In this document: one piece after another, positions 56,845 to 64,000 of the stretch
How the letters are laid out: each line of letters starts with the position of its first letter
Numbering within the stretch: the stretch's first letter is position 1
NCBI GenBank assembly: GCA_029974015.1
Contig: JARKUF010000017.1
Location: 16,206-80,205, forward strand
Origin: Spirochaetota bacterium
GTDB taxonomy: Bacteria > Spirochaetota > UBA4802 > JAGODF01
Reading direction: 5' to 3'
Length of the DNA: 64,000 nt
Made by a program: the position numbers and the translations under genes
Notes under the pieces: model-generated
Told to the model about the DNA's origin: nothing
The model's input: the letters and a program-made list of their open reading frames with translations, nothing else
Database searches by the model: none

Positions 56845-57888
56845 ATGGCCGCGCTCCAACAGATAAACGCGAAGGACTTCGCGCGGGGGCTCGGGAAGGG
56901 GCCTCTTCGCCGGGTCTACCTCTTTTTAGGGGAGGAGGAAAGGCTCAAGGAGAAGATGATAGAGAGCATGGCCGGGCTCCTCGAGAAAGGCACAGGGCCG
57001 GGTTCCGTCTCCGTGGCCCGTTTCCATGCCGAAAATAATGAGCTCGACGAGGCCCTCGGGTTCGCCCTGATGCAATCCATGTTCACCCCGAAGAAACTCG
57101 CCATTGTGTACGGCGTGGAAGCGGTCCAGGCGACAAAGCAAAACAAATCACTCTTTGAGGAACTGGTGACGGGACTCCCGGACTCGACGACCCTGGTCCT
57201 CGTTTCTTCCCAGAACAGTGTTCCCAAAACCGTCCCTGTCGGCGGCGACATGGCGGCAGTGAAATTCTGGCGTTATTTCGAAAGAGATATGGCCGCGTAT
57301 GTGCGGGACACAATAAGAAAATACGGCATGACAATTGACGAAGGGGCCGTGATGCTCCTCATGAAGCTCCTGGGGCGGGACCTCGGGAAGATAGACGAGG
57401 CCCTGGAGCGTCTGAAGTTTTCCGGCCATAGTCATATTACTCCGGGACTGGTCTCGCTTTTCATCACCGACGATCGCGAGGCCTCGATCTTCGAGTTTTT
57501 GGACGCGCTTTTCAGGAAATCTCCCGGCGCTTTTAACCTGCTGAAATCGCTTCTGGACGACGGGGTCCACGAGCTTGTGGTCCTCACCATGGTAAACCGC
57601 CAGTGCGAGTCCTTGGACGCGTTCCATCGACGTCTCGCCGAAGGCGCCGGGGCCGACGCTGCCATGGAGGGATTGGGCGTACAGGAGAGAAACCGCCAGG
57701 CCTTTCTGGACTACGCGGGAAAGTTCGGCCCTGCTGATGTCCGCCGGGCTTTTTCTGCGCTGTACGAGGCGGAGGACCGGCTAAAGGGGGGCCCACGCTC
57801 GAAGAGCATCATTGCCAATCCCCTGTTCGCCTTAGTATCGAAGATGGTATTTCCGCCGGGAAAGGAACTGGAGGCGGCGTTTCTGTAG
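56845..57888 (+). CDS. holA: DNA polymerase III subunit delta
   Basis: VYLFLGEEE, SMFTPKKL, LGRDLGKI..ALERL, SIFEFLDA, E.RLKG. Confidence 0.88.
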   Translation: MAALQQINAKDFARGLGKGPLRRVYLFLGEEERLKEKMIESMAGLLEKGTGPGSVSVARFHAENNELDEALGFALMQSMFTPKKLAIVYGVEAVQATKQNKSLFEELVTGLPDSTTLVLVSSQNSVPKTVPVGGDMAAVKFWRYFERDMAAYVRDTIRKYGMTIDEGAVMLLMKLLGRDLGKIDEALERLKFSGHSHITPGLVSLFITDDREASIFEFLDALFRKSPGAFNLLKSLLDDGVHELVVLTMVNRQCESLDAFHRRLAEGAGADAAMEGLGVQERNRQAFLDYAGKFGPADVRRAFSALYEAEDRLKGGPRSKSIIANPLFALVSKMVFPPGKELEAAFL

Positions 57889-57955
57889 CGGTTTCGTACA
57901 AAGGAGGGTTGGAGGCCCTGAGGTCCCTGGCCTATTCTAAAAAGCGAGGTGGGAT

Positions 57956-58543
57956 ATGCTGGTGGCGTGCGTGTCGGGGAGTCCCAGGAAGGGTGAAAAT
58001 TCCGAAAGGATCGTTGAGAAGGCCAGGGGATTTTTTACAGAAAACGGTTTTACATGTGAAACCATCCTGCTCAGCGGTACTACAATCACTCCCTGCATCA
58101 ACTGCAATTACTGCAAAACCAAACACCGGTGCGGTCAGGACGAGGAGGCCAACAGGGTAAATGACATACTGTCCGGGGCCGACGGGATCCTCCTCGTGTC
58201 TCCGGTGTATTTCGGCGGGATTTCCGGGCAGCTTAAATGCCTCATGGACAAGACTCTGCCGCTTCGGAGAGACGGTATGCGGCTTAAAGGGAAGATAGGC
58301 GCCGCCATAGCCGTGGGAAATTCCCGCAACGGCGGCCAGGAGCTTGCCGTGAAAGACGCCCATGCATGGATGCTCATCCACGGCATGGTGATTGTGGGGG
58401 ACAACAGCCATTTTGGAGGGACGGTCCGGAACCCCTTCGAGGAAGATGGCCCCGGCGGGGAGACCGTGAAAGGCACCCTGGAGGCAATGAAGTCCCTGCT
58501 CCTTCGCGTTGGGCCATCAGGAAAGGTCACCCGGGATGAATGA
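57956..58543 (+). CDS. Iron-sulfur flavoprotein (flavodoxin-like, Isf family)
   Basis: GSPRKGENS, CINCNYCKTKHRC cluster motif, SPVYFG, RNGGQE. Confidence 0.88.
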   Translation: MLVACVSGSPRKGENSERIVEKARGFFTENGFTCETILLSGTTITPCINCNYCKTKHRCGQDEEANRVNDILSGADGILLVSPVYFGGISGQLKCLMDKTLPLRRDGMRLKGKIGAAIAVGNSRNGGQELAVKDAHAWMLIHGMVIVGDNSHFGGTVRNPFEEDGPGGETVKGTLEAMKSLLLRVGPSGKVTRDE

Positions 58544-58570
58544 ACGAAGCGCCGATGACAGGGGAGGAGC

Positions 58571-59089
58571 ATGGACATGCTGAGCCGGAAGGTGGAGCGT
58601 CGTGAAATTGGGAGAGGGGAATACGGCCTTTTTGCCCGAGAGCCCATTTCGAAGGGCGAGTTCGTTTGGAGGGAAAACGAGGGCGCTGATTGCGTCTGCA
58701 TGGACCTCTCGGTGAAGGAAGCCCTGGCACTTCCGGAGGACCGGAAGAAGATATTCCTCCATTTCTGCTACCAGGTGGACGACGATATACTTTCGGGACA
58801 TCTGACCATGGAGGACATAATGAAAGACGAAGCGTTTTTCATGAACCATTCCTGCGACCCCACGGTCTGGTATGAAGGGGAGGACCTGGTGGCCAGGCGC
58901 GATATCGCCCCCGGCGATGAGATCACCTACGATTACGGCACGGATTTCAGCGCCTTCGACCGGGGTTTCAGGTGCCGCTGCGGCTCACCCCTGTGCCGGG
59001 GCGTCCTTCGTAAGGACGACTGGAAGCTCCTGAAAGACGTGTACGGCCCGGAACACCTCATCGGATACTTACGGAGAAAAACCTTATGA
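58571..59089 (+). CDS. SET domain protein with post-SET motif
   Basis: YGLFA, FMNHSCDP, EITYDYG, CRCGSPLCRG. Confidence 0.9.
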   Translation: MDMLSRKVERREIGRGEYGLFAREPISKGEFVWRENEGADCVCMDLSVKEALALPEDRKKIFLHFCYQVDDDILSGHLTMEDIMKDEAFFMNHSCDPTVWYEGEDLVARRDIAPGDEITYDYGTDFSAFDRGFRCRCGSPLCRGVLRKDDWKLLKDVYGPEHLIGYLRRKTL

Positions 59090-59391
59090 AACGGATACAT
59101 CTGGTGATTGGCGGGATTGTTCTTTTCGCGGCCCTCCTCGGGTATATCGCGGTGAGGCTCGCCATGCGGGACGCAGCAAGTACGGCGGATTTCGTGTTTA
59201 AGGTGTTCGGCTCCTTTATGGCTCTCCTCATCGCGTCGGTCGGCCCCTTCGGCATGATCGGCGTGGCATTGGTCCAAAGGAAGAAACTGAAGTTCAGCAC
59301 CTTCGCCATTTTCCTCTCCGCGGGGCTCGTGTCTTTTCTGCTGGTGGTGTACGTACTCAACGAACTTGAAGTGTTCGCGCTTTTTAGATAA
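59086..59391 (+). CDS. Small membrane protein (3 TM)
   Basis: ATGA overlap with the SET gene; hydrophobic helices. Confidence 0.6.
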   Translation: MKRIHLVIGGIVLFAALLGYIAVRLAMRDAASTADFVFKVFGSFMALLIASVGPFGMIGVALVQRKKLKFSTFAIFLSAGLVSFLLVVYVLNELEVFALFR

Positions 59392-59470
59392 CAGGGCGCC
59401 ATGCCGGAGACGTAATTTCTTTAGGGAAGCGTCCAAGATACGCCCGAGAGGCTCCTCGATTCATTCCTCC

Positions 59471-59499
59471 TTGACATTTCAGGGTAAAACAGGTATATT
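59471..59499 (+). promoter_or_regulatory. Putative sigma70 promoter
   Basis: TTGACA-17 bp-TATATT. Confidence 0.65.
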
Positions 59500-59539
59500 T
59501 ATAAGGAATTCCGTTTTTGTCTTGGAGAAACATTTAGTA

Positions 59540-59643
59540 TGTTTTCCCGGCCGCCTTCGTCAGGCGGGAAAACCGAAGTACTTAGTATGCCAGTAGTTAC
59601 ATTTTATGGGAACATCAAAATTTAATTTTCAGGGGTCCCCATA
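59540..59643 (+). repeat. Intergenic element copy (hairpin A, linker, palindrome B)
   Basis: GTTTTCCCGGCCGCCTTCGTCAGGCGGGAAAAC...TATGCCAGTAGTTACATTTTATGGGAACATCAAAATTTAATTTTCAGGGGTCCCCATA. Confidence 0.85.
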
Positions 59644-59681
59644 ATTTTTAAGTCTCCATAAAAATGAAAGAGAGGAGCGCC

Positions 59682-60257
59682 ATGGAACAGCAAAGGCCCG
59701 AAAATCCGGTCGTCGATAAGATAATCACCAACCATGTGATATACAGCATGACGGCGGGGGCGATCCCGCTGCCCCTGGTGGACATCACCGCCGTGGCAGT
59801 AATACAGTTAGACATGATAAAACAACTGGCAAACCACTACGAAGCTCCGTACGACCAGGATTCCGGAAAGTCCCTGATATCGTCCCTGGCGGGCGCAACC
59901 CTGGCCCGCATGGGGGCCAGCGCCGTGAAAGCGATCCCCGGGGTGGGGACCGCACTGGGCATCAGCACCCAGATAGCGCTTTCCGGGGCCTCGACCTATG
60001 CGCTGGGCAAGATATTCGACGCCCACTTCGCCCGGCGCGGATCTATCTTCGATCTGAACGTGGACGATGTGAAGGCTAAGTACGAAGACCTACTCGATAA
60101 AGGCAAGGACGTTGTGAAGGGCCTGAAAAAGGAGAAGAAGGGAGAAGATATTCCCGCGACCATCGCGAAGCTTAAGGAACTGAGGGATTCCGGCGCCATT
60201 TCAATGGAGGAGTTCGAGACGACGAAAAAGAAGCTCCTGGAAAAGATGGCGGGGTGA
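59682..60257 (+). CDS. DUF697/YcjF-like protein with C-terminal SHOCT domain
   Basis: AGAIPLPLVD..AV..IQ.DMI, KAIPGVG, ASTYALG; SHOCT motif LKELRDSGAISMEEFETTKKKLL. Confidence 0.8.
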   Translation: MEQQRPENPVVDKIITNHVIYSMTAGAIPLPLVDITAVAVIQLDMIKQLANHYEAPYDQDSGKSLISSLAGATLARMGASAVKAIPGVGTALGISTQIALSGASTYALGKIFDAHFARRGSIFDLNVDDVKAKYEDLLDKGKDVVKGLKKEKKGEDIPATIAKLKELRDSGAISMEEFETTKKKLLEKMAG

Positions 60258-60261
60258 GCCG

Positions 60262-60588
60262 CTAAATCATCTTTTCCTCGGAATCCTTGATATTGAAGAA
60301 ATCGATCATATCGGCGTGTTCAAAGGTACTGCGTATGTTCTCATTGATGCCAACCACCGAGAAGAGGACCTTGTTTTTGATAGTGTACTGGCGAATAACG
60401 ATGAGCGATCCCATCCCCTGGGAATCTATATAATCCACTTCCTTGAGGTTCAGGATGAGCCTCCGGGCCTTGAATTTGTCCACTTCCTTGATGACCTTCT
60501 TGTCGAAGTCGATGCCGCTCAGGGACGATATGTCTCCCCTGACATCGATGATGAGCGTGTTTTCCGATTTTCTGGTCGAAATGTCCAT
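60262..60588 (-). CDS. STAS domain anti-sigma factor antagonist
   Basis: LNLKEVDYIDSQGMGSL with the conserved phospho-Ser; start at ATG 60588. Confidence 0.88.
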   Translation of the reverse strand: MDISTRKSENTLIIDVRGDISSLSGIDFDKKVIKEVDKFKARRLILNLKEVDYIDSQGMGSLIVIRQYTIKNKVLFSVVGINENIRSTFEHADMIDFFNIKDSEEKMI

Positions 60589-60820
60589 ATTCAAATCCTC
60601 TGCCTTCCGTGTTGTCCCAAAAAATATTACTGACAGTTCAATTCCTCGTTCGATAAAGGCGGGCGAGAAAATATAGTTTTTATAACTGCCTCGATTTTTT
60701 AAATTGTATCCTCCTGTATATTTGCGAATTTCCCCGTGAAATTTCAAGTATAATTTTCACTATTTAAATAGCTATTCGTGAATCACGTATTTAGTGATTG
60801 AAGTCAATATTTAGGATCCC

Positions 60821-60857
60821 GGGTTACCCAGCCAGCCTTCGGTGGACGGACAACCCC
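60821..60857. repeat. Degenerate hairpin-A copy
   Basis: GGGTTACCCAGCCAGCCTTCGGTGGACGGACAACCCC versus GGTTGTCCCGCCCGCCTTCGGCGGGCGGGACAACC. Confidence 0.55.
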
Positions 60858-60894
60858 GAGCTTTGTAATTAACCGGGGTAATACGGCCCAGAGT

Positions 60895-61617
60895 TTATTG
60901 GATTTTCATACAGCAGTTTTTATATTTCATTCCGCTTCCGCAGGGGCAGGGGTCGTTTCTCCCCGTGTCCGGTATTTTTCCCTGGTTAATCAGCTCCAGA
61001 GCGTCCTTCCGGATAGCGTTGACCTTCGATGTGAGGGTTATGAGGATAGACACGGCCAAAACGAGGTCGTCTTTTGTTATATCGTCCCCTTTCAATTTTC
61101 CCGAAAGGGCCACCGCGTAGTTGAAAAGCGAGGCCGTTGACGGTTCGAAAGTCCTGTCAATGTATTCCTCCATCCCCCGGGGGGAACTCATGGGGACATT
61201 GAACCGCTTGACCATTCCCTTGAGGACTGCGACGAGCCATGTTACGCAAAGCTTTTTCGCGTCTTCTTCGCGCCCGTGAAGGACCAGAAGAGCGTCAGCA
61301 AGGTCGGAGAGCTTTTTTGCGGTCCTCTCGTTCTTCTTTTCTTTTTCAATGTCTTCCACAAGGGCGATGACGGATTGGTAAAAGGCGGTGTAAATCCGTG
61401 CGGGTCCTTTCGCGTCCTCCCTCGTTTCGAGGCCGTAGCGCAGGTTTAGCTCGCCAATTTTCACCGCCAGGTTGTATTTCCCCTCGGGATCGTGGAACAT
61501 GTAAAGGATGGAGAGCGTCTCCTCCAACAGGTCCAGGGAAAGCTCCATCCTGCTGAAGGCGTCGGCGAACCGCTGGAGCAGGTGGGGATGAAGGGGGCCG
61601 GTAAATTCTTCAGACAT
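60895..61617 (-). CDS. SEC-C motif protein
   Basis: C-terminal GRNDPCPCGSGMKYKNCC. Confidence 0.85.
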   Translation of the reverse strand: MSEEFTGPLHPHLLQRFADAFSRMELSLDLLEETLSILYMFHDPEGKYNLAVKIGELNLRYGLETREDAKGPARIYTAFYQSVIALVEDIEKEKKNERTAKKLSDLADALLVLHGREEDAKKLCVTWLVAVLKGMVKRFNVPMSSPRGMEEYIDRTFEPSTASLFNYAVALSGKLKGDDITKDDLVLAVSILITLTSKVNAIRKDALELINQGKIPDTGRNDPCPCGSGMKYKNCCMKIQ

Positions 61618-63109
61618 GGCCGCCGGAGCTCTCTGGCCGCAGGAGCGGGAAAAGGATCGTGTCTTTAATTGAGGCGGTGTTCACGAAGAGCATCACGACC
61701 CGGTCGATACCGATGCCCATGCCCCCTGCCGGGGGCATGCCGTATTCAAGGGCCGCTATGTAATCGTAGTCCATCATCTGGGCTTCCTCATCGCCGGCCT
61801 CACGCATTTTCACCTGCTCCTCGAAGCGCCGCCTCTGGTCGATGGGGTCGTTGAGCTCCGAGAAGGCGTTGCCGATTTCGCGCCCGGCGATGTACGGCTC
61901 AAAGCGCTCAACGAACTCGAGATTGTCGTCACGTGACTTCGCCAGGGGCGAAAGCTCCGTGGGGTAGTCCATGACGAAGGTGGGCTGAATGAGGTTTTTC
62001 TCCACCCGCTCCTCGAATACGAATTCGGCCACGCGCCACTTTGAAAGCTTGCCGTCTATTTTGATGCCGATGCTCCGGGCCGCTTCACGCGCTTCGTCAC
62101 CGGACGATAGGGTAGTGAAATCCAGGCCGGTGTATTTTTTAATCGCGTCGAGATAAGTAATCCTCGTCCATGGGGGCGTGAGGTCAATTTTTTCGTCCAG
62201 ATAATCGATCACGGTGTCCCCCAGGAGCTTTCGGGCGAGGGAGGATATCATGTCCTCGCAGATTTCCATCATCACATTGTAGTCGGCATAGGCTTCGTAG
62301 AGCTCCAGCATGGTGAACTCGGGATTGTGCCTGGTTGATATTCCCTCATTGCGGAAGTTACGGTTGAGCTCGAATACTTTTTCAAAGCCACCCACGAGGA
62401 GGCGCTTCAGGTAGAGCTCCGGCGCGATGCGGAGATAGAGCTTCATGTCCAGGGCATTGTGATGGGTGATAAAGGGGCGCGCGGCGGCCCCTCCCGGTAT
62501 CGCCTGCATCATGGGGGTCTCCACCTCAATGTAGCCCCTTGAGGAGAGGTACTCCCGGATGCCGGTGATGACCCGGCTTCGGAGGATGAAGTCCTTCCGA
62601 GTTTTAGGGGTGACGATGAGGTCCACGTATCTCTGGCGGTACCGGAGCTCCCGGTCCGCGAACTCGTCGAAGAGCTGGCCGTCCTTTTCCTTCACCGTGG
62701 GAAGGGGCCTGATACACTTTGCCAGGAGGGTGAAGTCCGCCACTTCTATGGTTATCTCCCCGGTCTTCGTGCGGAACGTTTTTCCGGAGACGCCGATGAT
62801 ATCTCCAAGGTCCAGGGACTTGAAGATTTCGTACTTGTCCGGGCCAAGGGCGTCCTGCTTGAAGTAAAGCTGGATGGTTCCTGTAATGTCCTCAATGTGG
62901 GTGAAGGAGGCCTTCCCCATCATCCGCCGGGAACGGATGCGTCCCGCTGCGCTGGCGGATACAGGTTTTTCATCGCTGTGTTTCGCAATGATGTCGGCGG
63001 TGTGGCTGTCCCTGGGAAATCGGATGGGATAGGGGTTTATATTCTTGGCCCGCAGATGCTCCACCTTTTCGATGCGCTGGCGCATTATGTCATTGAATTC
63101 TTCGCTCAT
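61610..63109 (-). CDS. lysS: Lysine--tRNA ligase (class II)
   Basis: RYRQRYVDL, GGAAARPF, LRIAPELYLKRL, FRNEG...HNPEF, YGMPPAGGMGIGIDR. Confidence 0.97.
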   Translation of the reverse strand: MSEEFNDIMRQRIEKVEHLRAKNINPYPIRFPRDSHTADIIAKHSDEKPVSASAAGRIRSRRMMGKASFTHIEDITGTIQLYFKQDALGPDKYEIFKSLDLGDIIGVSGKTFRTKTGEITIEVADFTLLAKCIRPLPTVKEKDGQLFDEFADRELRYRQRYVDLIVTPKTRKDFILRSRVITGIREYLSSRGYIEVETPMMQAIPGGAAARPFITHHNALDMKLYLRIAPELYLKRLLVGGFEKVFELNRNFRNEGISTRHNPEFTMLELYEAYADYNVMMEICEDMISSLARKLLGDTVIDYLDEKIDLTPPWTRITYLDAIKKYTGLDFTTLSSGDEAREAARSIGIKIDGKLSKWRVAEFVFEERVEKNLIQPTFVMDYPTELSPLAKSRDDNLEFVERFEPYIAGREIGNAFSELNDPIDQRRRFEEQVKMREAGDEEAQMMDYDYIAALEYGMPPAGGMGIGIDRVVMLFVNTASIKDTILFPLLRPESSGGHV

Positions 63110-63137
63110 GGGCAGGGAACTCCTTGGTTATAAGTAA

Positions 63138-63343
63138 TAAGGCAACCTATAATACTCAGGCTTTCCCGCCAGCCGAAGGCGGGCGAAAAAGTCTGAGTCC
63201 TGAGTATGCCAGTAGTTACATGCAATCTCTAATAATTAGGCTTTCCCGCCCGCCTTCGGCTGGCGGGAAAACCTAAGTCCTGAGTTTGCCGGTAGTTACA
63301 ATTTATGGGAACCTCAAAAATTTAATTTTTAGAGGCTCCCTTA
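63138..63343 (+). repeat. Two tandem element copies upstream of lysS
   Basis: Hairpin A at 63161 and 63241, each followed by GTCCTGAGT(A/T)TGCC(A/G)GTAGTTACA. The second ends with ATGGGAACCTCAAAAATTTAATTTTTAGAGGCTCCC. Confidence 0.88.
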
Positions 63344-63537
63344 AATTATTTCCTGGCCCGTGGAGTATCATTTTCGAGCATTGATATGTGTCAAACTAAT
63401 TTTGCCCGCGGGCCGGGGCCCGGCGTTACTGCGTTTTTTAAAGGTTAATGGTTTGACGTATTTTCCGTCGGCGGTGAAGCTTCAACGCGGTTGAGCGCGG
63501 GAAAACCGCATACCGAGATTAAACGGGGTAAATGCAA

Positions 63538-64000
63538 ATGAGCTACACCTTTGAAATGGGCCCCATTCGGCCCCCCAGCGAGGCGATGAGCATACTTCTC
63601 CGGGTGACGCGGAACTGCCCCTGGAACAAATGCGCTTTCTGCCACACCTACCGCGACGAGACTTTCTCCCGTAGGACCGTGGAAGAAGTTAAGGGCGATA
63701 TCGACTCCATGCGCGCCATAGCGGAGAGGCTCTCGGGGGCCCTGGAAGGGCGTGGGCCCTCCATGCCGACGGAGCGGGACGTGATTCATCGCGCCATGGG
63801 CCTCGACGACACGCCGATGGAATACTACCGTCAGGTCCTCTTCTGGATATATCATGGCATGAAATCGGCGTTCCTTCAGGACGCGAACTCTCCGGTGATT
63901 CCCGCAGGGGAGCTCGCCGATATCATCCGCCATTTAAAGAAGGCCTTTCCCTCCCTGGAGCGTATCACTTCCTATGCCCGGGCGAAGACCATCAGCAGAA
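63538..64000 (+). CDS. Radical SAM protein (truncated by window edge)
   Basis: Manual translation MSYTFEMGPIRPPSEAMSILLRVTRNCPWNKCAFC...FLQDANS; open to the end of the window. Confidence 0.85.
   Translation, partial: MSYTFEMGPIRPPSEAMSILLRVTRNCPWNKCAFCHTYRDETFSRRTVEEVKGDIDSMRAIAERLSGALEGRGPSMPTERDVIHRAMGLDDTPMEYYRQVLFWIYHGMKSAFLQDANSPVIPAGELADIIRHLKKAFPSLERITSYARAKTISR

Noticed and set aside
60895-63109. LysS and the downstream SEC-C protein both begin MSEEF
   Set aside because: The codons differ and the similarity stops at five residues; most likely chance.
63610-63645. Cx4Cx2C spacing in the radical SAM motif
   Set aside because: This variant is common in several radical SAM subfamilies and is not novel.

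Overview
Bacterial chromosomal window of mostly housekeeping genes. The lineage is probably Spirochaetota, inferred from spirochaete-style lipoproteins and a cNMP/TPR protein; this is unverified. Recognisable genes include glgC, malQ, an ADP-forming acyl-CoA ligase, trxB, rdgB, metX-metW behind a SAM-I riboswitch, leuS, ruvB, purM, gdhA, lptE-holA and lysS. I found no rRNA, tRNA, CRISPR array or transposase. Five signals stand out. (1) A dispersed family of intergenic composite palindromic elements, with about 15 GC-rich hairpin copies plus an AT-centred second palindrome. One copy has perfect terminal inverted repeats bounded by TTAA, and three junctions suggest the element inserts into the palindrome it carries itself. 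(2) A selenoprotein split by the ORF caller: a protein-disulfide oxidoreductase with an in-frame UGA (UPYC motif) and a SECIS-like hairpin, next to thioredoxin reductase. (3) A 1623-aa GH13 amylase-family + GT5 glycogen synthase fusion with both catalytic sets intact. (4) A degenerate metallophosphoesterase fused to a Pol-beta nucleotidyltransferase, translationally coupled to glgC. (5) A lipoprotein gene frameshifted at an A6 tract. All calls come from reading motifs by eye; no database searches were run.
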